DNA of 64,000 nucleotides from Candidatus Uhrbacteria bacterium RIFCSPHIGHO2_02_FULL_46_47. Lineage in GTDB: Bacteria; Patescibacteriota; Patescibacteriia; GWA2-47-26. The stretch spans positions 14,277 to 78,276 of the forward strand of contig MGDU01000020.1 in the NCBI GenBank assembly GCA_001790815.1, in the 5' to 3' direction. Positions within the stretch are counted from its first letter, which is position 1, and every line of letters starts with the position of its first letter. The notes under the pieces are model-generated. The model did not search any database. It was not told where the DNA came from and saw nothing but the letters and a program-made list of their open reading frames with translations. Shown piece by piece: positions 10,574-18,714 of this stretch. The position numbers and the translations under genes were made by a program.

Positions 10574-10660
10574 ATTCGCAGTCTATAAGTATACCACCAC
10601 AAATTTCTATGTCAAATTCAAAAACCCTCCAATCGGAGGGCTTTTTATGAGTTGTGCTGT

Positions 10661-11071
10661 TTACTTCAGGGTCGCCTTCGCTCCCGCCTCTTCCAATTTT
10701 TTCTTCATCGTCTCTGCTTCGGCTTTGCCAACCCCTTCTTTTACCATTTTTGGAGCGCCGTCAACCATGTCTTTGGCATCTTTCAAGCCAAGCTGGGTAA
10801 TCTCGCGTAGCACTTTAATCACGCCGATTTTATTTGAGCCAGATTCAGTAAGCTCCACATTAAACGTGGTTTGCTCTTCAACGGGCGCAGTGGCCGCGGA
10901 GGGAGCGCCAGCGACCGGAGCCCCGACGAATGTCTGGGCGGCTGAAACACCGAACTTGCCTTCCAATACTTTTACAAGCTCCGCAAGATCGGAAACTGTG
11001 AGTTTCTCAATCTGCTCTACAAGGCCCTTGAATTTCTCCGGGACTTCAACATTTTTTTGTTCATCTGCCAT
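10661..11071 (-). CDS. rplL: 50S ribosomal protein L7/L12
   Basis: [10 protein letters not shown]... with the [16 protein letters not shown] dimerisation region and a conserved C-terminal domain ending ...[10 protein letters not shown]. Confidence 0.95.
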   Translation of the reverse strand: MADEQKNVEVPEKFKGLVEQIEKLTVSDLAELVKVLEGKFGVSAAQTFVGAPVAGAPSAATAPVEEQTTFNVELTESGSNKIGVIKVLREITQLGLKDAKDMVDGAPKMVKEGVGKAEAETMKKKLEEAGAKATLK

Positions 11072-11169
11072 ATTGATTATGATACGAATCTACAAATGAT
11101 TGGCGAATCTTCGAATATGCGAATTCGTATATTGGTAGATTCGTCATTAATTCGCTGATTCGTATCGTA

Positions 11170-11697
11170 TTACGATTTAGACTCTTTAATTGCATTTAAT
11201 ACCTGCACCAATCCGCGCAAATTTCCAGCCAGTACATTTACAAAACCAGAGATTGGTGCTTTTACCGTGCCAACAAGTTTTGCCAAAAGCTCGACCCGAC
11301 TTGGCAAACTTGCCAGCGCTTTAATTTGGTTTGTATCTACAAACTTTCCTTCAAAAAGGCCGCCCAAAATCTTGAACGCCTCAAATTCTTTAGCTGTGGT
11401 GGCTGCAAATTTCGCCGTAGTCACCTCATCGCTATATCCGGTTACAAGTCCAATATTGCCTTCAAGCTTTTTAGGATCAACAGTGCTTTCCAAGCCGGCA
11501 TTTTTCAACGCGAGTTTCAGAAGTGACTTTTTGATCACTTCATAATCCACCGCTTCAGCCCAAGATTTTTCCCGAATCTTTTGCGCATCCTTAACTTTGA
11601 GTCCCTTGTAATCAACAAGAACCGCTCCTTTCATTTTTTTGAACTTATCAGTCAAGTCCGCAACACTTTGTTCTTTTTGTGTACGTGTCTTTGGCAT
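11170..11697 (-). CDS. rplJ: 50S ribosomal protein L10
   Basis: MPKTRTQKEQSVADLTDKFKKMKGAVLVDYKGLKV... is a typical L10. It lies immediately upstream of rplL. Confidence 0.93.
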   Translation of the reverse strand: MPKTRTQKEQSVADLTDKFKKMKGAVLVDYKGLKVKDAQKIREKSWAEAVDYEVIKKSLLKLALKNAGLESTVDPKKLEGNIGLVTGYSDEVTTAKFAATTAKEFEAFKILGGLFEGKFVDTNQIKALASLPSRVELLAKLVGTVKAPISGFVNVLAGNLRGLVQVLNAIKESKS

Positions 11698-11875
11698 ACC
11701 CGCTCTAAATTTTTCCGCATTATGTGCGGATTATACGATGAATAATTATAGTCAACGGTTCTGTAATTCTATTGTCCCCAACCTATTTACTCCACACTCC
11801 GCTTTGCGGAGTGAAGCGGAAAAATTTAGGCGGGCATAAAATAAATCTGTGGTTATGCCACAGACGCTTTAGGTT

Positions 11876-11946
11876 CCCCTCCCCTTAAGGTAAGGCCCGC
11901 TTCGCCCGCAAAGCGAGGCGAGGGAGAAGGAGGGGTTATGAACCCT
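11876..11946. repeat. Family-C GC-rich palindromic element (CTCCCCTTAAGGTAAGG...GGAGGGGTTATG), intergenic copy
   Basis: Nearly identical to 26144-26215. Related copies occur at 18905-18950, 46190-46245 and 63940-63990. Confidence 0.8.
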
Positions 11947-12194
11947 TGCCTCGGCAGGTCTTAGTCTCTCGAGCTTGTCGAGAGGCGCCTACTGTCTGTG
12001 GCGATTTAATTGTATTTATACACTACAATACTCCTTTATTTGTGTCAAGAGGCCGTGAAAATCTAAACACCTCCCTTGCGGGAGGCGTCCATTCAGGTCC
12101 GATGACCTGGATTCCAGATACCCCTCATCACTATTACTGTATCACAGACCACATTATATGTCAAGTAAATATGTGGACAACTCAAAACCCGAGC

Positions 12195-12275
12195 ATGACA
12201 GGTAAGGGAATCGAACCCTTCTGGATACCTTGATGAGGGGTATCTGGTCCCAGACCACCTGCCATTGCGCGGGTT
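12195..12275 (-). ncRNA. tRNA-like structure (good acceptor stem and T-arm, aberrant D and anticodon arms); possible tRNA pseudogene or att-site remnant
   Basis: The minus strand reads GGCAGGU...AAGGGUUCGAUUCCCUU ACCUGUC A, giving a 7-bp acceptor and a canonical T-loop. The anticodon arm has a 6-bp stem and a 9-nt loop. It overlaps a 17-bp inverted repeat (12113-12129 / 12229-12245). Confidence 0.3.
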
Positions 12276-12291
12276 TAACATTGTAACACAA

Positions 12292-12561
12292 TTATTTGAT
12301 TTTGAAATCTCTTAAAAGTTTGTCTGATTCTTCCCACTCCACATCCACTTTTTCAACCTTTGCCCATTTTGGCCCTTGTTTGCACCAATTTAAAAATTCC
12401 TGCAGTTGCGTTTCTTCTCCTTGCGCTACAATTTCCACTCCACCATTCGCATTTCTTGCCCAGCCAGTCAGTCCCAACTCCTTTGCGCGCTTTTGCGCTG
12501 AAGCCCTAAAAAACACCCCCACCACATCTCCTTTTATTTTTATATGCAGTTGTTTTTGCAT
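12292..12561 (-). CDS. acyP: Acylphosphatase
   Basis: 89 aa. VxGxVQGVxFR-like KGDVVGVFFRASAQ... and the GWARNANGGVEIVAQG motif are present. Confidence 0.85.
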   Translation of the reverse strand: MQKQLHIKIKGDVVGVFFRASAQKRAKELGLTGWARNANGGVEIVAQGEETQLQEFLNWCKQGPKWAKVEKVDVEWEESDKLLRDFKIK

Positions 12562-12585
12562 ACTTTATAATATATCAAATTGCGC

Positions 12586-12640
12586 AAAAAATTAAAGACC
12601 GTCCGGATGGTCGTGGGCTTTTGGCCTACACCCGGACGGT
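12586..12640 (-). terminator. Rho-independent terminator (stem ACCGTCCGG/CCGGACGGT followed by a T-run on the minus strand)
   Basis: Perfect 9-bp GC-rich stem followed, on the minus strand, by TTTAATTTTTT. Confidence 0.6.
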
Positions 12641-12805
12641 GAACTCCTCACTAACGATCTGTGCCACAGATGGGTTGAGCTACGGGGCTGTCCCGTGCCA
12701 TTGCCGGATCTGTGTCAAGACCCATCTTCTGAGCTTGCGCTCTTTACATGCGATTTTCACGCATGCGGCCTGAGAGGTAGGCCTGGTGCCGGCGTCGTCG
12801 TCGGG

Positions 12806-12943
12806 CTACTTGCCGCCGTCGAGGTAGTCGAAAAACTCGGTGGCGAGCGCCTTCGGCGGACCCGTGGCCCCCATGATGAACGCGGTCATGTTGTCCTTTC
12901 TGCCCGTGTGGGCTGCTTCGAGGCGACCACCGTGGCCACCCAT
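12806..12943 (-). CDS. Small GC-rich ORF (45 aa, MGGHGGRLEAAHTGRKDNMTAFIMGATGPPKALATEFFDYLDGGK) with its own promoter and terminator
   Basis: Promoter on the minus strand: TTGACA (12982-12977), 17-nt spacer, TAGAGT (12959-12954), then GAAGGTG 5 nt before the ATG. Rho-independent terminator hairpin at 12640-12599 plus a T-run. It is below the 60-aa cutoff of the supplied ORF track. Confidence 0.45.
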   Translation of the reverse strand: MGGHGGRLEAAHTGRKDNMTAFIMGATGPPKALATEFFDYLDGGK

Positions 12944-13229
12944 TTGCACCTTCACTCTACTCCTTTTTCACCTCTTTGTCAAGCCCAAAAAAAGCCGCCA
13001 GCTGAAGACCGCCGCACCAGAACAAGTTCGGTGCAGGACAGGCCGGCGACTACTTCTTACCTCTCTAGGCTGGCGCGCGGTGGCGGCTTGCAGCAAAAAT
13101 GTTGCGCAGGCCGAACAGGCACGGTGCCGAACGAAGTGAGGCGAGTGAGGCCGAGCACAAAGAGCGGGGTGCACGCTGGGCACCCCGACTCTGGTTTTTG
13201 CGCAAGTTGCCGACGCGCGACAGCCGCCC

Positions 13230-13814
13230 CTATCCCCCCAAACTAAACCGTACAAATCTGCGGACTTGGATATTTTCGCCAAGTTTGGAAATTTTACTTT
13301 TGACTACTTCTTCAATAGTGAGGTCTTCATCTTTGATAAATGACTGGCGCATGAGGCAAACATCCGAATACCATTTGTCCAGTTTGCCTTGCACAATTTT
13401 CTCCACAATATTTGCTGGCTTACCTGTCGTTTCTTCACCGTAGATTGATTTTTCTTTTTCAACCACTTCTTGCGGCACATCTTCCGGCTTTACATACAAA
13501 GGATTGGTGGCCGCAATTTGAAGCGCCAGATCATGGGCCAACTCTTCAAATTCCGGATTGCGCGCCACAAAATCAGTTTCACAAAGAAGCTCAACAAGTA
13601 CGCCAACTTTTCCGCCGCCGTGCACATAAGCGTGCACAACCCCTTCGTTGGTTGCGCGCTCGGCTTTTTTGGCGGCCTTAAGCACACCGCTTTTGCGCAA
13701 ATTCGTAGTGGCTTTTTCAATATCGCCTTGAGTTTCCTCCAGCGCTTTTTTCGCGTCAAGCACACCAGCGCCGGTTTGCTCGCGAAGTTGCATGACAAGT
13801 TTTGGATCGATCAT
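13230..13814 (-). CDS. tsf: Elongation factor Ts
   Basis: MIDPKLVMQLREQTGAGVLDAKKALEE... is the UBA-like N-terminus. It lies downstream of rpsB, as is conserved. Confidence 0.92.
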   Translation of the reverse strand: MIDPKLVMQLREQTGAGVLDAKKALEETQGDIEKATTNLRKSGVLKAAKKAERATNEGVVHAYVHGGGKVGVLVELLCETDFVARNPEFEELAHDLALQIAATNPLYVKPEDVPQEVVEKEKSIYGEETTGKPANIVEKIVQGKLDKWYSDVCLMRQSFIKDEDLTIEEVVKSKISKLGENIQVRRFVRFSLGG

Positions 13815-13856
13815 AATTGTTTGAGTAAATTAAGTAAATCAAGCAAGGCAAGTAAA

Positions 13857-14606
13857 TTAAGCAACCGATACCACTTGATTTACCTGATTTACTTGCGCAC
13901 TTGATTCACTCGTCTTCCCCTCTTCCTTCCCCTCCTGATACGCCTGCGCAATACATTTTACCACAAGTTCAATTGATTTTACAGCATCGTCATTGCCCGG
14001 AATTGGATATTGTACGCGCTCCGGGTTTGCATTGGTATCGCAAAGCGCGATTATCGGAATTTTTTTTTGATTGGCTTCGGCAAGCGCGGTTTCCTCATGC
14101 TTGATATCCACGATAAATAACGCATCCGGCAGTTTGGTCAAGGTGGAAATACCGTGCACAAGCTGGCTCATCCGTTCAATATCTTTTGAAAAATCAAGTT
14201 GTTCTTTTTTGGTATATTTTCCAAGCTCGCCGCGCTCCTGCTTGCCCTTAAGATCAAGATATTTTCTGATGAGCTTGTAAAGTTCGGCCCAATTAGTAAT
14301 TGTTCCGCCCAGCCAGCGATTTTCAACATAGGGCGCTCCGACTTCAGTTGCGTATTTTTTAATAAGCGGCGCGGCCTGCTTTTTGGTGCCCACAAACAAG
14401 AGCACCTTCCCCTCGCGACCCAGCGCCCTGACAAACTCGCAGGCGCGCGCAAGCTCCTCGCGCGTTTTTTCCAAATTAATAAGATGCACCCCGCCGCGCG
14501 CGCCAAAAATAAAAGGCGCCATTTTAGGGTGCCAACGTGATGTCTTATGGCCAAAGTGAACTCCGGCCTTAAGCAAATCCAATAATTCTGGGGTAGTGTT
14601 TGACAT
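13857..14606 (-). CDS. rpsB: 30S ribosomal protein S2
   Basis: ...LLKAGVHFGHKTSRWHPKMAPFIFGARGGVHLINLEKT... is the S2 signature. Confidence 0.95.
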   Translation of the reverse strand: MSNTTPELLDLLKAGVHFGHKTSRWHPKMAPFIFGARGGVHLINLEKTREELARACEFVRALGREGKVLLFVGTKKQAAPLIKKYATEVGAPYVENRWLGGTITNWAELYKLIRKYLDLKGKQERGELGKYTKKEQLDFSKDIERMSQLVHGISTLTKLPDALFIVDIKHEETALAEANQKKIPIIALCDTNANPERVQYPIPGNDDAVKSIELVVKCIAQAYQEGKEEGKTSESSAQVNQVNQVVSVA

Positions 14607-14788
14607 AGTTTGGTCCTTAATTCTTCCGCATGGCCCATCTTTGATTTCCGCTAAAGCGGAAAGCAGGACACGAAAGCCAGACGTGTATTTATTAATTGTT
14701 CCTTAGTCTACCAAACCACCCCAGGCTTGTCAAGCTTTTCAGTTCACAGGGCAGGGGCACGGGCTGCATCTACAAATCCTGGCTCGGT

Positions 14789-14826
14789 GTGTAAATTTTG
14801 AGTCTAAATTTGACTAAAACTTACAC
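14789..14826. repeat. Partial (terminal 37 nt) copy of the 147-bp foldback repeat unit
   Basis: Identical to 15976-16012 (TGTAAATTTTGAGTCTAAATTTGACTAAAACTTACAC). Confidence 0.85.
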
Positions 14827-14902
14827 TGGGAAGTTCTTTGCCAAAATGAAAAAGACCGGCGTCCCGTAGAGAGCCGGCGAGGAAGGAGCGTGGTTGCTGT
14901 GG

Positions 14903-15406
14903 TCAGCGTTGCTGGCGGCCTGCCCGTCGAAGCATGGCGAGAACGTCACGCCGTGCGGTGGCGCCAAGATAATGCTCAGCGTAGAGGTGTTCAATCGCCC
15001 TCTCTGCCTCCTGCATCGTGAGGAGGCTCACTTCAAAGGCGGTGATCAAGACCTTGCCGGTCCGAATCCATGGAAGCCCGAGCTGCTTCGCTGCCGCGAG
15101 TGCCTTGGCATCGTCGATGATCAGAACCGCATCCTCTTCGCGGCCGGCAAGCACAAGGCAAGCTGCTTCGCCCATGTCCAGATCGTAGGTCTGCTCGATC
15201 CCATTGCGCGCCCCAGAGTCTACGGTCATCACCTGGACACAGGTCAGCGAGGCGATCTCAAAGCCGGGACGGGTTTCTCCAGCCCGCGCCACTTCGTTAC
15301 GCACATCTTCCGGAACGATGATAGTTTCAAACAGAACCGGAAGGAGGTCGAGAAGGCCAACCTTGGAAAGCGCGATGATGGGACCGGAATCGACGATGGC
15401 TCTCAT
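14903..15406 (-). CDS. PIN-domain protein (COG2405/DUF3368-type), putative toxin
   Basis: The N-terminal IVDSGPIIALSKVGLLDLL pattern is typical of COG2405 PIN proteins. It overlaps the upstream UPF0175 gene by 4 nt. The locus is GC-rich. Confidence 0.65.
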   Translation of the reverse strand: MRAIVDSGPIIALSKVGLLDLLPVLFETIIVPEDVRNEVARAGETRPGFEIASLTCVQVMTVDSGARNGIEQTYDLDMGEAACLVLAGREEDAVLIIDDAKALAAAKQLGLPWIRTGKVLITAFEVSLLTMQEAERAIEHLYAEHYLGATARRDVLAMLRRAGRQQR

Positions 15407-15777
15407 GCAACTCTGGATCTGCGCTTGGCATGCGCCTTCATTGCACGCACTATACGCCGATCAGACACCGCTGCCGCCTCCGAATCATCCGCGTAGTACA
15501 AGCCCTCGGCTTTGAGGAGTTCCAGAAACTCCGCAAGTCGCATGCCCAGCGTCTTGGCCGCGACCCCAGCGGAGCAGGAACCTCTCTTGAAGAGGGCGAG
15601 TACAAGCTGACGACGACCCTCGCGAGCTGCCTCCGCCTTGAGCTTCGCGCTCACATGCGTGGGCAACTCGAAATCCACATGTACGCGTGTGGCCACAGTA
15701 GAACCTCCTGTTGTGTGTTGCATAGAGTGAACGGCAGCGTGGGCTGCCAGAAATTGAGAACCGACCTTTATCTTCAC
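15403..15777 (-). CDS. UPF0175 (COG2886) family antitoxin
   Basis: LVLALFKRGSCSAGVAAKTLGMRLAEFLELLKAEGL matches the UPF0175 HTH-like core. It is paired with a COG2405 PIN protein. Confidence 0.6.
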   Translation of the reverse strand: MKIKVGSQFLAAHAAVHSMQHTTGGSTVATRVHVDFELPTHVSAKLKAEAAREGRRQLVLALFKRGSCSAGVAAKTLGMRLAEFLELLKAEGLYYADDSEAAAVSDRRIVRAMKAHAKRRSRVA

Positions 15778-15865
15778 AATACACCTTGGTGCGGAACTCC
15801 GTCAATGCCTCGCGTCTCCGTCGTCTCCCTCTTCGTCTCCACCTGAGCATCGTGTTCCCGCCGAT

Positions 15866-16012
15866 TGTAAGTTTTAGTCAAAAATGTATGCATTTTTTAC
15901 AAAAAAATAGAATCGCTCATTGGCGAATATTCGCTAGAATAAGCAATCTTTGACAAGTTTGATATTCTATTTTTTTGTAAATTTTGAGTCTAAATTTGAC
16001 TAAAACTTACAC
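15866..16012. repeat. 147-bp quasi-palindromic foldback repeat unit (copy 1)
   Basis: Near-perfect reverse complement of 16639-16787. Termini are GTAAGTTTTAGTC...GACTAAAACTTAC, with the internal palindrome GCGAATATTCGC. Confidence 0.9.
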
Positions 16013-16022
16013 CTTTCGCTAT

Positions 16023-16613
16023 TCAGCATCGCAGCGCTTCCGTGTAGCGCGCATTCAAGAGGAGCGCGTCAATTTGCGAATCAATCAGTGGAATGAAACG
16101 GCGGTCAATGCGTACGAATTTACGGCAAGGAACCTCGAGAAAGTAAAGCTCGCCCGGCATCTCATCAGGAACCCTGAATCCGGAAAGTCCGCGTTCTGAT
16201 GTGAAGGGATTTCGGTAATCACGAAAGAGAACGTATTGGTTCTGCTCAATCCAGGCGTCCAGACTGCCGAACGGTTCATATGTAGCGGGCTCATGAAAGA
16301 AGAGAAGACTCAAATAGGTGTCGCTGTCTTTCATGGGTGATGGCGCGAGTACAATGAGAGAAATGCGTGTCTGATCTTGTGGGCGCGCGATTAGCCAGCC
16401 GGATGGTACGTCAAAGGCAATTGGACCTAGTTCGATCGACATTGCATCGATGGGGGTGACAGTCGGAGTCGGTCTATGACGGTGGCTTCCGAGTGCCCAC
16501 GCAGTGGGAAGCCCAATGAGGCTGACAAGCGCCAAAAAGGCTGCAACCACCCAGGGTCGCCCGCAAGTGTGTAAGCTGCTACTTGGCACCATATATTTCC
16601 AATTTACTCCCAT
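16023..16613 (-). CDS. Hypothetical secreted protein (signal peptide), GC-rich cassette
   Basis: N-terminal ...VVAAFLALVSLIGLPTAWA. Flanked on both sides by the 147-bp repeat units. Confidence 0.55.
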   Translation of the reverse strand: MGVNWKYMVPSSSLHTCGRPWVVAAFLALVSLIGLPTAWALGSHRHRPTPTVTPIDAMSIELGPIAFDVPSGWLIARPQDQTRISLIVLAPSPMKDSDTYLSLLFFHEPATYEPFGSLDAWIEQNQYVLFRDYRNPFTSERGLSGFRVPDEMPGELYFLEVPCRKFVRIDRRFIPLIDSQIDALLLNARYTEALRC

Positions 16614-16638
16614 GTCGCACGTTGAGTCAAGAGTCTGG

Positions 16639-16787
16639 TCTGTAAGTTTTAGTCAAATTTAGACTCAAAATTTACAAAAAAATAGAATATCAAACTTGTC
16701 AAAGATTGCTTATTCTAGCGAATATTCGCCAATGAGCGATTCTATTTTTTTGTAAAAAATGCATACATTTTCGACTCAAACTTACAG
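16639..16787. repeat. 147-bp foldback repeat unit (copy 2, inverted relative to copy 1)
   Basis: Reverse complement of 15866-16012 with only a few mismatches. Confidence 0.9.
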
Positions 16788-16880
16788 TATAGGGTAAAAG
16801 ATAAAATAAATAAAACTGAATAATTGTTTGGCTGTGGGCTTGCCAAATTTCAGCCCTTTTGCTATACTATTCCCACGAAT

Positions 16881-17165
16881 ATGAAGACCGACCTTCACCC
16901 ACAATATTACCCTCAAGCCAAGATTACATGCGTGTGCGGGGCAATCTATACCACAGGATCAACAGTTCCGGAGATCCGTGTGGAAATTTGCAGTGCCTGC
17001 CATCCATTTTTTACCGGAAAACAAAAGCTTGTTGACACTGCCCGTCGTGTTGAAAAATTCACGCAGCGCGTCGCAAAAAAAGCTACGACCGGAGCACGCA
17101 CAAGCAAAACCGTAAAACGCGCGACCAAGCAAGCCGCGAGAAAATTGAAATTGGAAGAAAAATAA
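16881..17165 (+). CDS. rpmE: 50S ribosomal protein L31
   Basis: [49 protein letters not shown]... contains the CxxC...CxxC zinc ribbon of L31. The track ORF 16824.. is trimmed to the internal Met. Confidence 0.88.
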   Translation: MKTDLHPQYYPQAKITCVCGAIYTTGSTVPEIRVEICSACHPFFTGKQKLVDTARRVEKFTQRVAKKATTGARTSKTVKRATKQAARKLKLEEK

Positions 17166-17244
17166 GGGCCCGCTGATTTTGAATACGCGGATATCGCTGA
17201 TATAATAGGTATCAGCGCAATCAGCGCCAAAAGATCAGCGGACT

Positions 17245-18156
17245 TTGTATTTTATGAACCCGGAACTAAAACCATATCAATCCCGCCTTAAAGAACTGGA
17301 AGAGCTTTTCACTTCTCCGGAAGTGCTTTCTGATCCTCAAAAACTTGCGCAGTTAAGCCGTGAATATTCCCAGATCAAAGCTACATTTGCGCGTACTGCA
17401 AAAGCGGGAGATTTAGGCGAGCGTAATGTCATTATGGAAATACGCGCTGGCACGGGTGGGGACGAAGCCGCGCTTTTTGCCGCGCAGCTGTATCGCATGT
17501 ACGCGCGCTTTGCCGAACGGCAAAAATGGGCGGTGCGTGTGGCCTCTTCCAGCCGCACGGATATCGGCGGATTTAAAGAAATCATTTTTTCAATTGAAGG
17601 TAAAGGAGCGTATCGCGCGCTGAAATATGAATCTGGCGTGCACCGCGTCCAGCGCGTTCCGGAAACTGAAAAATCCGGCCGCGTCCATACTTCAACCGCG
17701 ACTGTGGCAGTGCTTCCTGAAGCAGAAGAAGTTGATATTAAAATTGATCCAAAAGATTTGCGCATTGATACCATGACTGCTGGAGGACATGGCGGGCAAT
17801 CAGTCAATACAACCTACTCCGCAGTGCGCATTACGCACATTGCCACCAACCTGGTGGTCATTTGTCAGGATGAACGGTCGCAGCAGCAAAATAAATCCAA
17901 AGCCATGCAAGTTTTGCGCGCGCGGCTTTTTGCTTTGGAGCAGGAAAAAAAGCGGGCAGAAAGAGAGGCGCAGCGGCGCGGACAAATCGGCACTGGCGAG
18001 CGCAGCGAAAAAATCCGCACCTACAATTTTCCCCAAGACCGTGTTACGGATCATCGCGTTAAAGAAAATTTTCACAATTTGCCAAAAATTATGGATGGCG
18101 AAATCAATCCTATCATTGAAACTTTACAAAAAGAAGGAATTGACACACAAAAGTAA
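17245..18156 (+). CDS. prfA: Peptide chain release factor 1
   Basis: GGQ motif ([21 protein letters not shown]) and PxT-region-like sequence. Short CPR-type RF1. Confidence 0.9.
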   Translation: MYFMNPELKPYQSRLKELEELFTSPEVLSDPQKLAQLSREYSQIKATFARTAKAGDLGERNVIMEIRAGTGGDEAALFAAQLYRMYARFAERQKWAVRVASSSRTDIGGFKEIIFSIEGKGAYRALKYESGVHRVQRVPETEKSGRVHTSTATVAVLPEAEEVDIKIDPKDLRIDTMTAGGHGGQSVNTTYSAVRITHIATNLVVICQDERSQQQNKSKAMQVLRARLFALEQEKKRAEREAQRRGQIGTGERSEKIRTYNFPQDRVTDHRVKENFHNLPKIMDGEINPIIETLQKEGIDTQK

Positions 18157-18227
18157 GAGGAGTATTCTCAGGCCAGTCACCGCGGCTCCACTTTGGGGAC
18201 GCGCGGACAAAGATGAGGAGGAGTCCC

Positions 18228-18641
18228 ATGAAGCGAGGGCGATCGAAGACAGAAGCGCTCCGAATCCTGCGGGAACGATTCAAGCGCGGCCAGAAGAACC
18301 GGCACATCCCGAAGGGCGCGAAGTTCCTCTACGGTGTGCGCGGCGGCCATAGCCTGAGGATGCCCTTAGTAGTCTTTCTCATGGCGGATGCGCACGGCAA
18401 GCTCTTCCCTGGAGCCTACGGAGACGTGCCCTTCACGCCCCGTGGCTACAAGCCACCCCCGCGCGAGCGCACGACGCGCGCAACGCCCGCCGCGATACCG
18501 CCCCCGGTCGTGGAAGACCACTCGGGTGATCCCACCACCGCCGACGGTCACGGCTCCGACATGCGCACCGACCGCGACGACACGCGTCAGTCGCCTCTGC
18601 GCCAAACCGGCCCCACCGCCACCGATCCTGCCATCGACTGA
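18228..18641 (+). CDS. Hypothetical basic protein in a GC-rich island
   Basis: Strong SD GAGGAGG 6 nt before ATG 18228. Arg/Pro-rich with no recognisable domain. Confidence 0.4.
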   Translation: MKRGRSKTEALRILRERFKRGQKNRHIPKGAKFLYGVRGGHSLRMPLVVFLMADAHGKLFPGAYGDVPFTPRGYKPPPRERTTRATPAAIPPPVVEDHSGDPTTADGHGSDMRTDRDDTRQSPLRQTGPTATDPAID

Positions 18642-18714
18642 TCTTCCAGTCCACCTGCACAACCAACGAGGAGACCCCGCCCTGCGATCGCACACGCGTG
18701 CTTCGCAGGGCATT

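Noticed and set aside
12695-13246. 183-aa +strand ORF and overlapping ORFs 12840..13139 and 12968..13282
   Set aside because: Arg/Pro-rich composition-driven ORFs. The real signals in this island (promoter, RBS, terminator) belong to the 45-aa minus-strand ORF.
15866-16787. 147-bp repeat units as canonical integron attC sites
   Set aside because: The ends do not match the R'' (RYYYAAC) and R' (GTTRRRY) boxes, and two units are in inverted orientation. The looser description 'cassette-delimiting foldback repeats' is kept as a hypothesis.
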